This document shows positions 37,992 through 49,217 of a stretch of DNA of 64,000 nucleotides, in pieces. This DNA comes from a virus: positions 62,029-126,028 of the IMG/VR virus record IMGVR_UViG_3300020583_000010; one strand, 5' to 3'. Position 1 is the stretch's first letter, and each line of letters begins with the position of its first letter. A program made the position numbers and the translations under genes. The notes beneath the pieces are model-generated. The model searched no databases. It was not told the origin of the DNA and saw nothing but the letters and a program-made list of their open reading frames with translations.

Positions 37992-38447
37992 AGCATTCCC
38001 ATGAAAGATTGATGTTGACTTTGATTTTATTGTTGATTAGATGTTTTCGGGTACACTCGCCCTATAGTCCCAAAGCCCAGGTCAGCGGTATATGTGCTGG
38101 TCAAAGCTTCAAACTATAGGAACGAGATAGTACCCGCCATACTTGATTTAGAGTGGCTTCCGGGTCCCACTGAGATGCCCAACCTCAGACATTCGATCAG
38201 CTTAAGAGCGCTGTCCGGGAGGCTCCCCTCCCGCGAGGAAATGAAAAAAGGATCAAAGCCTCGACTCTGTACGCGACCGTCAGGACCTAACCGAAGTTAG
38301 CTAATCGCACAAGAGCCGGGCCCTGATCCGTCTACGTACTTAGATATCATCGACAGATAGATTTCTTTAGCAGAATTTCGAACGAGATCAATGTCACACG
38401 TGGCGGCTCTTGACTTATCTGCTGATCTGTGCTTGCCAGATCAGGAC

Positions 38448-38477
38448 TTGACAGCGCTGCTCAGGTTGCCCTAGCTT
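38448..38477 (+). promoter_or_regulatory. promoter at head of the long plus-strand gene run
   Basis: TTGACA-N18-TAGCTT. Confidence 0.7.
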
Positions 38478-38482
38478 GGAGT

Positions 38483-38665
38483 CACAGCAGCACGAGTCAC
38501 AAAACTGATGAGGGTTGGTGGGTCACGCGGTGGCTACGGTCCCCATTAGGTCTGACACTGCCGCTCGCGCTGCTCAAATGGTGGCCAAGTATCAGGTAAA
38601 ACTCCTGAGGCAAGATCCGTCTGTGAGCGGATGGCAGATGCCGTTGGCTAGGGAGTGCCACCCAT
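38483..38665 (+). ncRNA. structured two-domain 5' leader RNA
   Basis: gcagcacgag/ctcgcgctgc; tcagg/cctga; atccg/cggat; ggtggc/gccacc helices. Confidence 0.55.
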
Positions 38666-38689
38666 AATCAATCTATCTGAGGAGACACG

Positions 38690-38788
38690 ATGTTCGGAAG
38701 CAGGATCGTCACCCGTCAGGTTCGCCGGACCGTCCGTAGGCAGCGCCGCAAGGTTACCCGCGCGGCTGTCCGGCAGCTCAAGAAGTAG
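38690..38788 (+). CDS. 32-aa arginine-rich peptide (not in ORF track)
   Basis: GAGGAG RBS; MFGSRIVTRQVRRTVRRQRRKVTRAAVRQLKK. Confidence 0.7.
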   Translation: MFGSRIVTRQVRRTVRRQRRKVTRAAVRQLKK

Positions 38789-38794
38789 GTACTC

Positions 38795-41700
38795 ATGCTT
38801 AAAATGAACCGCTCTAAGCGCTACAGTCCCGGCTACGAAGCACTCATGGAAGAGGTAAGGCTAACTTGGGACCCGCACGATCCGTTCGCCTCAGGCTGCG
38901 AATGGCGGTTTGCACTCACGGAAGTCCTCCACTTCGATCACGGAGAGCACGTCCCAGATTACAGCCCCGGCGCTGTCACTGAGCCGGAGGCGCACAGCTA
39001 CGCGGTAGAAGCTGTACGTGACCTTCTCAAGTATCATGAAACGACCACGGAGGATCTTCGCGCAGTGCTCGGCGTGCTCAACCGTCACCGTGAATGGCTT
39101 CGGATACTCGGAAGGGACTACTAGGATGACATCATTCGTCCGTTGCCTGAAGTGCCGCAAGCGTGTTATTCTCGGTAGAGAGAACTTCGTAGGCACATCG
39201 AACGGTTACTATCACTCGGCTTGTATGCCGTGGCCGCCCAAGACTGAGGAGAGCTGATTATGGAGCTTAAGGAAAACCACCGACGCGCTCTGCGCTACGT
39301 CGCTAAGAACCACGTTCATGTATCCAATAATGGCACCAGCGACTCGCGAGCCGTCTCCGGTCCCGCAGTGAAGGAGCTCACCCGCGCAGGTCTCCTAGCC
39401 AAGAATGGAGCCGCTTGGCGGTTCGTCGGTGGAAGGCGCTACCGGCGTCTGGTTGTCACTCAAGCCGGGTTCGACCTGCTCACCTCGAAGTAAGAAAGGA
39501 CTACTTATCAACCTGCTCAAGAAACACGACAAGTGGATGAGCAGAGTGAGCAGAAAGAAGAACTGTTGCAACTACTGATAGATGTACTTTGTGTTGTCAT
39601 CCCTGTAGGCATCATAGGGCCTTTCATGTGGTTTAATGGAAGCACTAGGAAAGCCAACATTAAGAAAAGGAATTCATCATGATGCTTCGAGTCACCTATG
39701 AGAGGCTCCATAATGACTGACATCGTAGAAGTCGGAACCCTGGTCCTGTACCACGGACCCAATAAACTCTACCATGGCCTAGCTTTCGTCTCTCGTAAGA
39801 TCAGTGGTTACGATTCTGATTCCTACGTGCTCGTTCCCTTCGTGTTCGATGAGGGTGAAGTGGTAGGGGTTAACAGTGGTAGCATCGACACTGATCGCCA
39901 GAACTTCACGACGGTACAGCTGCCGGAGGTCCCTGTGGAAGAGAAGCCCGGTTACTACTGCTCTTCTAGCCACTACTTCTACCGACACGACCCCAGCGCG
40001 GATGACGAGTGGATTTACTGGAGTAATCTGAGGGCAGAGTGGTCTAGGCCTGATCACATCACCAAGCTCACTCCTGCTGAACGCCAGAAAGAGCTCACCT
40101 ATCTTGGAGGTCTGTAAGCTATGCCTCTCACTTCTGCTCAAGCTCGCAAAGTTCAGGCTTTGAGCTACGGTCAAGGCCGAATCGATCAGTCGCTCAGTGC
40201 TATTCCCTACACAGTTGAGGTTCCGCAATACATAAAGGATCTACCCCGCTATTTCGCTGAGTGGGTAGAGAAGTCTGCTCCTTGGGCAATGATCGACTCC
40301 TTCATGTGGGACGCATTCATAGAGAACTACGAACCGCCCAACACGAGAGGGTGAGGTAATCATGACTGAGATGTACCTACCGTGTGGCTGCTACCACGCT
40401 GGTCATTCTATTCCTTGCCAAACTCGTTCCATCAACAGCGAGTTTGCTGGCAAGTTCCCAGGTGACACGGAGAAGTCTCTCGCTGTCAAGGCTGCTAAGC
40501 TCGCTGTACTCCGGCTTAAGGAAAGGGTTTAGTCATGACCGAATCTGTCACCACTCCCATGCTGGATAAGCTCAGCGCCGAGAAGTACAAGACCGAGATC
40601 ATACATGAGTTTCTTGAGTTCTGTGAGGAACATAGTGTGTATCTTGCAACCTTCCATACAGGCACGAGCAACGGCTTCTACCATCCTGCTACGCAACGAG
40701 CAACGGATCTGTTGATGGCTAAGTTCATCGGAGTCGACATGAACATTGTTGAGCAGGAAGGAAGCGAATGCCTAAGCTGATCATCGAGTCTCAGCCGGAC
40801 TATGGTTTCTCTCGCATCGAACGTGAAGTCGACAGTCTGGATGATGCCTGGAAGACGATTCTAGCTGATCTGGAATTGTCCAGGGTCACTCCTGACTTCG
40901 CTGCCGAGGTGGGTTACGAATTCGGGCGCCACACCCTAGCTTGGAAAGAGTACGGTCGGAGCCTTGGCGAGCAAGACATGCCAGGAGCAAACCACAACGG
41001 CTTCACTTTCACTATAGAGGACGGTCCTGAAATGTTCATTGTCTTCACCTACGAGGAAGACAATGCTTGAGGTAGACGAGGGTAAGCAGAAAGACTTAGC
41101 CCTAGGAGAGATTAGCATGGTACGTTCAAGCCGCAAGATAGATTTGTCTAGACGGCAGGATAAGATGTGTGGCAATAAACGGCCGTACGCCACTCGTGAG
41201 GCTGCTCTCAGTGCCGTGGAAGACCTGGAAAGCCGAACAGGCGACGTGAATAGAATGGTAGTATACAAGTGCCATTATTGCGATCAATTTCATTTCGGCC
41301 ACCTGCCGGGTAGCAAGCGTCTAAAGAAGTAGGGATTAAATGTCTGAGAACACAGCAGTACTGCTCGTTCAAGACTGGACTACAGTCTGCTCACGGTGCC
41401 TCTACCAGGTCTTGCCAGAGGCCAAGACACATGTTAGGATTGCAGGCTACGGACCTCCAGCTAACGGGTGCGGAGCACTCTTCACTGGAATCGCGTCAGC
41501 GGAACCAGGAAAGTTCAACGATGCCAGGCTGCATGAGATGCGCCCCGATCTGAAAGTGGTTAGACTGTAATGGACCCTAATGAAGTTCTCAGACTCATGC
41601 GCAGCTCTGCAAAGCGCATTCACGCCATGCTGCTGCTAGATGACAATGAGGCAGTTACTCTAGCCGACGCTGTTGAGGCTATGGATGACTGGCTTCGCAA

Positions 41701-42490
41701 AGGCGGATTTCTTCCCGACGACTGGGACCCGGAGATTAATCAGGCGTTCGGGGATTGTAAATGAACAGTTACAGACTTACAGGATTGTTCCGGTGTGCTG
41801 ATTGCTCCAAGGTTCACCAGTACAGCAGGGTCACGGTAGCTTCTCGCTGCTCATGCGGCGCTGACCTTCACAAGCGTGCACAGCAGCTCATGGATAGGAA
41901 GTAACAAGAATGCAGTGGCGTGCTCTTGTGAGAGCCGACAGCGGCTATCTTATGGGCTTCGCAGATCAGGATGGGAATTCCATGATAGTGTGGAGTGACT
42001 GCCGTAGTACTGTGTCACGGCAGCCGGTGTTCTACTCGTCTGAGTCAGATGCCTATGAAGCCCTGATCAACTGGGCTGAGCAAATGCTAGTTGAATTAGA
42101 AGCTAATGAGTTCTGGGGTAAGAATTTCCATATTCAGTACACAGATCTAGGTTCAACTGTTAGAGAGAAAGAGAACAAATAGAATGACTTACTATGCGCA
42201 AGAGCTCAGATGGATCACCGGTGACTGGCTCACGATCGGTGCTGAGTATGCTACGCTGGAGGAAGCAGCTGGATACATATACCAACGGCGACACTTACCA
42301 CATCGCTGGACAAGACCTCAGGAACCTTGGTAGGCTGATCACAAAGATCCTAGCGGAAGAGGACAAAGTGACAAGGTACGAAGCTCTAGACGGCTTCACC
42401 AACACCTACACTACGGGAGTTAACCTACTCGGAGCAACAGACATGACTCACTACTCGGTTACCTTCATTCAACTGCTGCCGAGTCCGTGA
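38795..42490 (+). other. run of small hypothetical genes (incl. 38795-39124, 39260-39493, 39698-40117, 40121-40354, 40535-40780, 40768-41070, 41063-41332 Zn finger, 41340-41570, 41570-41764, 41910-42182, 42194-42490)
   Basis: Co-oriented, RBS-bearing, often translationally coupled ORFs. Confidence 0.65.
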
Positions 42491-42672
42491 GGTTTTCTAG
42501 GGCATATGACAGATCAGACGTGCGTATGGTGCGGCCATGAGGCCAAAGATCATACCCGCGAAGGTTGTCGAGGTGTGAGTCGCAAATATGTGCAGACTGG
42601 TGGTATCATAGACGTACAGTGCAGATGCACTCGCAGATTCGTTGAACGCGCAGAGATAAAAGGAGATGTATT

Positions 42673-43257
42673 GTGAAGATCAAACTGATCGTCCCGGCCA
42701 TCCTGGCTGCTCTTGCCGTGCCTGTTCTCATGGCCTCTACCGCCTCTGCTCATGCCGGTCGCCACCACTACCATGTGGTAGTCTCAGGAGCGCCGTACGC
42801 TGGGCACACTGACTGGAATGAGCTTACTCCGAATGGTGTCGAGGGACAACAGAACTTCAAGTACCTTGACCGCGAAGAGAGGCTTAATGCTCTCAAAACA
42901 GTGCAGGCTGCTCAGTCTATGAATCTTCCTACTTACGCGGCTGTCATCGCGATTGCCACTGCTTTACAAGAGAGCGGACTGCATAATTATACAGAGTCCG
43001 TCGATCATGACTCACTGGGCACCTTCCAGCAGCGCCCATCCATGGGCTGGGGGACTGTTTCTGAAATCGAGGACCCGGCATACGCCGCGAAAGCTTTTCT
43101 TCGAGGGCTGGAGCAGGTAGACTACCAGAGTATGAGTGTCACGGACGCTGCACAGTCTGTGCAGCGGTCAGCCGATCCATATGCTTATGCTCAGTGGACT
43201 GCAGAGGCAGCCCACGTTGTCCAGCAAATCTCGAATGGAGTAAACTATGTCAGCTGA
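42673..43257 (+). CDS. secreted lysozyme-like/lytic transglycosylase-like protein
   Basis: Signal peptide; AIATALQESGLHN..DHDSLGTFQQRPSMGWG..DPAYAA..AAQSVQRSA, an actinobacterial muralytic-type domain. Confidence 0.75.
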   Translation: MKIKLIVPAILAALAVPVLMASTASAHAGRHHYHVVVSGAPYAGHTDWNELTPNGVEGQQNFKYLDREERLNALKTVQAAQSMNLPTYAAVIAIATALQESGLHNYTESVDHDSLGTFQQRPSMGWGTVSEIEDPAYAAKAFLRGLEQVDYQSMSVTDAAQSVQRSADPYAYAQWTAEAAHVVQQISNGVNYVS

Positions 43258-44499
43258 ATACACGAACCCATACATTCATCAGTTTCATCCTGAGGGTAGT
43301 CCTCTCATCACTCAAATCGATAGAAAGAACTACTCTGCCGACGAGTATGATATATTTGTAGTTGTCTCTGAAAAGAGCGACGCGGATAAAGCGGCTATTG
43401 CTGAAGCACGTGAAGCAAAGCGTCAGGGTTACAGGGCACGAGCAGATCGAGCTGATGCTTGGCGAGAAAACTATATAGCAGACTATGAGAAGCATCATGG
43501 GCACAAGCCCTCAGGGTACGTACCGGTGATGACTCTAGATGGACAGATTACAGGACTGTGAAAGACTGTGGAGCGTGCAAATGATCTGGTATTACCGCTA
43601 CAAGCCACTGAAGCCAAACCGTGAAGATGAGCAGTGGACTATGTGGTTCCCGTTAGTTGAATTCCGTTTTGTCTGCTACAATGTCGCTGCTATTGAATTT
43701 AAAGAGCTCTGATGGCTAATCATAAGGACGCCGCAGTCGCACGAGTTCCTGCTAGGCTTCTTCTTGAAGCCCTTACGGTCGCTCTAGAGCACGGACTCCA
43801 GATTGTCCCTAATATAACTGGAGAAGGATTCAGGTACTATGATGTGTCTGCCGCTGGAGAAGTTTACTACCAAGTAGTCTTTAGTCCAGAAACTGCTAAG
43901 TGGGAACTGATTTATGTTGGAGACGAAGATTAAATGACTTATGATATTGATCAACTCGTAGAGCGGTTCCTGTCTTGGCCGCTCCCTCGCACCGTCTGTG
44001 CGGACACATGCACCGTAACACCGGATCATAACAATGTGTGGCACCGTTCGGGTACCAATCTGCTTACTCAAGCCGAAGCTAAGCAAATGCTTGAATATCT
44101 TCTTGAGCAGCCTGAGAGTACTTCGTGGTACGTGCTTGAGATCTGGACTGACAAGGAAGGATGGGCCTATTTGGACGACTACCCTGGCACGTGTGAGGGA
44201 TTTGAACAGGCAAATAGCCTTCTTATGAAACTTCTTGCACAGAATGACACACGGTATGACTATCGTATACGCGCTGTAGCCTCTCAAGAAGAGGCTCAGT
44301 GAGCCGGATACAGGCACTGATGCTAAATAGATTTATCAGGTGGCCGATCGGCGAGCGCTACCTCATCGTTGACACTGAAACCAATAAGCACGCCAAGCAC
44401 TCGGAAGGGCATGAGGTCTTGTTTCATACCACAAGTGTGGTAGACTGGCTACTAAGGCACCTCAACGAGGGCAAAAGCTACCGTGGACTGGAGTTCTGA
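43247..44499 (+). other. small hypothetical genes (43247-43561, 43712-43933, 43934-44302, 44299-44499)
   Basis: Co-oriented coupled ORFs. Confidence 0.6.
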
Positions 44500-45125
44500 T
44501 GACTAACCAACGTAAGTGGAAGTTCCTGAGGGACGTGGATGGAAAGATCAAATCTAACTCAGGAGAGCATGAGTGGGCAGTAGGCCAGTGGTATCACGAG
44601 AGTGATGTGTCTCTTTGCAATTCGGGCTTTCACTCTTCTGATGAGATCCGTCAAGCCTTCGGTTACGTTCAGGGCGAGTACCTCGCACGTGTAGAGGTCA
44701 AGGGACATCCTGTTTCCAGCAATGACAAGCATGCGCATCCTTCAATGAAGCTGGTCGAGGTATATCGCTGGACTAAGGCTGACAGCGTTGCTCTTGCTGC
44801 TTATGCGGCTGAGCTTGTCCTCTCGAACTACGAGGCTGTGTATCCTAACGATTTGCGACCTCGTAAGGCTATTGAAGCTGCTCAAACTTACATCGCTGAC
44901 CCATCAGAAGAAAACCGGAGCTCGGCGTACTCGGCGGCGGACTCGGCGCGCTCGGCGTACTCGGCGGCGTACTCGGCGTACTCGGCGGCGTACTCGGCGG
45001 CGGACTCGGCGCGCTCGGCGTACTCGGCGCGCTCGGCGTACTCGGCGCGCTCGGCGGCGTACTTGCTCAACAAGATAGAACTGTGGTTTAAAAATCGTAT
45101 TAGCTCTCTGGAGAAGGTGAGCTGA
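44499..45125 (+). CDS. phage protein with C..GFH domain, Imm5-like helix and SA(A)Y/SAR repeat
   Basis: LCNSGFHS, YPNDLRPRKAIEAA, low-complexity tail. Confidence 0.75.
   Translation: MTNQRKWKFLRDVDGKIKSNSGEHEWAVGQWYHESDVSLCNSGFHSSDEIRQAFGYVQGEYLARVEVKGHPVSSNDKHAHPSMKLVEVYRWTKADSVALAAYAAELVLSNYEAVYPNDLRPRKAIEAAQTYIADPSEENRSSAYSAADSARSAYSAAYSAYSAAYSAADSARSAYSARSAYSARSAAYLLNKIELWFKNRISSLEKVS
44921..45062 (+). repeat. in-frame minisatellite of 9/12-nt ctcggcg units
   Basis: ctcggcgta / ctcggcggcgta / ctcggcgcg / ctcggcggcgga units. Confidence 0.95.
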
Positions 45126-45216
45126 TGCTAAAAGCGGCTGCCGCTGGAATGCTTACCGGGAAAAGAATCCGGGAAGAACTGTTCAAGTCTGTCAGAGTAA
45201 ACTATAGGAAGTACTG

Positions 45217-48200
45217 ATGCTTGAGACGACAACCTATACCGGAGTTATGGAAAGCGTGGCTGCTCTTGAAGACCTTGAGTTCAGTCCTCCCTGCGACGGG
45301 CGTTATCACAGTCTCGAAGGAGTCGGAGATCCCGTATGGGTAGTCCGCTATCCTACTATGCCCTGTACACCGCGTCATAGAGGTCCTTTTCTGTTCTGCG
45401 CTGGGTGCATTGGCAGGCTGCAACGAGAAGTCAGGAAAGCAGAAGAACTGGAACTCCCTGGAAACTGCGGGCGCTGCGCGGATGATGGTATACGTACACC
45501 ATGGGATGGAACCTACACATTGGAGGCTTTGTAATGACTAATCCCTATGGGCTAGAAGGCGCTGGTGCATACTGCCAGAACACTGAACCTGCTGTATACG
45601 AACTGCGAGCCAGCAGACACGGCGAGTACTGGTCTACGCTCGGCAGCTCTGCCAATATAAACAGACTTGAATCAGTCCAAGCTTTTCTAGAAGAAAACGG
45701 CTGGACTGTGGAAATACGGCCGGAAGAGGACTATTACTGATGCTTATTCCTTTCAAGTACTACCTGCATGACTCGTCGTACCTGGACGAGGACACTGAAA
45801 CCGGTGATGTTACAATTCTTTCGGCCAAATAAGGAACTAAAATGAAAGTACTATTCAGTGAGTGGCGCCCGCTAAAGGATGAGGACATGGCAGTCAGGGA
45901 TGTCTCTATTCAGACGAAGGGTGAGTGGGTAGACATCAAGTCATGGAAACTCAAGCAGAGTAACCCTGATCTATATGAGGATCTTGAAGACACCAGTATC
46001 TATGTCCTCTACCAGAATGATCTGGCGGCTACCTTCGAACGGCATGCGTCTGTACTTGAAGAGATCGCTGCCTTCATCGCAAGCTACCCGGAGTACACCA
46101 ATGTCATCGAATAAGGAGAAGCAGTTTAAGAAAGCCAGTCGGGCCCATATGCTGAGCGAGGTATGGGAGTCCTTCAAACACGCGTATGTAGGCCTCACAG
46201 TCATTATCTGTGTAGTGGTAGGCCTTCTGCTGCTCATGGTGCGATGATGGCTATCGGCTACTTCATCTTCGTGGGACTAAGTGCGCTGGTGGCTCTCATA
46301 GGTATTGTGAGAATAGGATGGGGTAAGCGACACGATGCAGATTAATTGGGCTGCTGTATCTGATGAGTATATTGTTTCAGGATTTATGGGCCGCCCGGCA
46401 GAGCAGCACACCCGGATATTGACAAAACGCGCTGAGGCTGTCATGCTGTATGAAGAGTGGAAGACTAACCCGGCATGGTCCAGTGTAACTATCACGCATG
46501 TCACCAGGCAGAAAGGAACAAGCAATGGCTAACATTGTCAAACTTGAAGACACGATGGCTTTTATCGAGGCCAATCCTGAGAAGCACAATCAAAAGTACT
46601 GGGCTCAGCAGACACCTTGTAGCACTTCGTATTGCTATGCAGGCCTGGCTATTGCCCAAGAATACCCCAAAGCCAAGTTCCTTTTTTATGATAATTGGGA
46701 CACTTCGGACCCTGAGCTGCTTGCTTCGACTGTAGAAATCAACGGTGAAATGTATGATGTTGAAACACTGGCCTCTAAGATTCTAGAGCTCGATAAAAAA
46801 GACTCAGACATCCTGTTCGATTCAGACAACTCTGTGAGTCTGCTTCGAGAAATGGTTGATGCTCTCAAGAACGGTGAGAGCCTTGAGGTCCATGGCCCGA
46901 CCTATGAACAGGATGAAGACTGGTACTGGACAGCAGACGAGAACTACTATGACTGATCGTTATGTCGTTGAACGTACCACTGCCAGTAATTCTGGACTCA
47001 GATACTTCATTCGAGACCTTGAAACTTCTGAACCGGTTCGCGATGACGATGAGACCAACTATATCGTCAGATTCAAATCAACTGAACACGCGCAGTTCGC
47101 AGCTGACCAGCTTAATGCTAAACACCGAGGAAGCGTGTGATGACAGATAAGCAGGAAGTCACTGAAGGTAGTACAGTCTACTACCATGGCGCTGACCATG
47201 AACAGGGTTTCTACACTGTTTCCCATATCAGTAGGCATCGTTATTATGTAGATCTGGTTCGTATTTTGAAGGACCGTCTCGACAAGTTTGGAGGTATTTC
47301 TATTGGAGATGTGACAGTCGTCCCGGTCCCTGATCTCCCAGAACTGCGGCCGGGATACTATGTGCAGTCGACTATCCACACTAAGAATGTAGACCGTTAT
47401 ATCCTAAACTCTGCGGAAGAGTGGCTATGGATCGATCCCATAACCTTTGAAGTGGTTCCTCTCAGTAAGGGTGTTCTGCCGACACATCCTCTTCGTGATC
47501 TCAAGCGGGTGGATGGCTGGTGAGCCAGTACTGCGCGGATTTGGACTGGGCTCCGGACTGGATAAGCGACTTCAAGGCCTGGGGTAAGGGATGGGAGTGC
47601 GCGTATTGCAGGGAAGTGCACGAAGAGGACTCTAAATATCCTATATTCATATTCTCTGTCACCGAGGGCACTAGTCTGGTTAGTTTTCTCAAGGTGCTTG
47701 ATGAACACGTAGAGAATGTGCATTACGGCCCTGATGCCTACGAGGGAGAGCTGTCTTAATGACCAGAGCTGGCCAGTGCTGTTGAGGTAGCTCTAGCAGA
47801 CCATCGGGAGTATTGTGACCTCTGCGAATACAAAGCCTGGAAGCCTAAGAAATACGGGGACTCACGACAGTGGGTTCATTGCGAAGCTATTCAACCTCTA
47901 GTGGACTTCTGGTGTTTGATAGGATGATTAAAACCACAGGAGCTTGGATCTACACTCCTATTCTACTCCTTATAGTAGGAGCCAAGATAAGCTACCATCT
48001 GTTGCAGATTGCCGCTCGCGCACTCATAGACATTGAGAAACAAGTGGAAGACCGCAGACGGCAGTACTTGCGCAAAGCTTCCGAGTAGGGTAGTGTGAGT
48101 TCTAACGATAGTACTGGAGAATATATATATGGCCGCAAAGACCACTAAGCCGAAGTCCCTTCCACCCATGCTTCCTGCGGAACGCTGCGACCATTGTAAG

Positions 48201-49110
48201 GTTGCACAGTCACTCGTGCGGTGGGAAAATCAGATAGGCCACACTCTTCAATTCTGCAAGCACCACAGCGACCTTCATGAGATCAACATGAAGGTCCAGG
48301 GGTTTAAGATCGAGACTGATATCAGCCACATTCTCACAAGCCCGAGCGCTGCTCCTGTCTTGGTGGAGGAAGCTGATGAAGAAGACGACTCAGATGATGA
48401 CTGGGAAGAAGTAGAGTCATGATGACTGGGAAGAAGTAGAGTCATGATGACTGGAGGAATGTATAATGTCTAAAAAGGTGCGTGCTGGGGATGTGTGGCT
48501 CGTAGATCAACTCGTGGCTCCTTACCCGGTTCCCGCGTTCGTGAGTGCGGACAGAAAATTGATGCTTCTCGATGAGCTGGGAGACTACTATCCTCTTAGT
48601 ACTGCCTACTATAGTCGTCTGCGCACGCTCTTGGTTAAGGGATCAGGCAGCAAATTCAACTTACTGGAAGAGAGTACCTAATGGCGCCTAGATTCGCTGG
48701 ACGGCAGGGCCGAGGAGCCCTGCGTAAGTACCGTCAGGATAAGCAGATTGCCGCAGAACTGCGCAATGAGGAGTACCAGGCTCGTAGGAAGGCGGCAGAT
48801 GAGCTGACACGGCTGGACCAGGAAATGGCAAAGGAGAGCGACCTTGAGCAAGCGTAGAGCCAATAATCTAAATGAACTCAGCAAGAAGTGGATCTATCGT
48901 ACACAGGATGGACTCCTAGTCTGGCTCACTTCTGATCTTGATCGAGCAGAGGCCACACATGGTAATGACTGCGAACTGTGGCATATCGCCTACGACGGAT
49001 CTGGGACCTGGAGGGTCTATTCCAAATCGGATATGTACCCCATGTACAAGGTGGCCAAGCTCGATGACCTGAGAGCTGTACAAGAGGGCGCATATGACTA
49101 CGAAGTGTGA
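45217..49110 (+). other. run of small hypothetical genes (incl. 45217-45534, 45842-46114, 46525-46956, 46949-47140, 47137-47523, 47520-47759, 48129-48422, 48466-48681, 48844-49110)
   Basis: Co-oriented coupled ORFs, several Cys/His-rich. Confidence 0.65.
48394..48454 (+). repeat. 25-bp tandem duplication atgatgactgggaagaagtagagtc x2.4
   Basis: Exact copies at 48394-48418 and 48419-48443 plus partial third. Confidence 0.95.
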
Positions 49111-49217
49111 ACTTGCGACGGTGTAACAATGTCAGGCAACAGTATCTCGAAGCTATCGATCACGACGATATACCAGTAGAACACCAAGCTTGACAACCAA
49201 TTGGTAAGGAAAAGATA

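Noticed and set aside
38505-38560. Hammerhead ribozyme from CTGATGAG
   Set aside because: No GAAA after stem II and no stem I
38625-38662. HDV-like ribozyme from TGGCTAGGGAGTGCCA resemblance
   Set aside because: No P1/P3/L3 nested pseudoknot could be built
44921-48454. CRISPR-like arrays at the 44.9-kb and 48.4-kb repeats
   Set aside because: No unique spacers; the first is coding, the second a simple duplication; the Cas4-like gene is a solo phage nuclease
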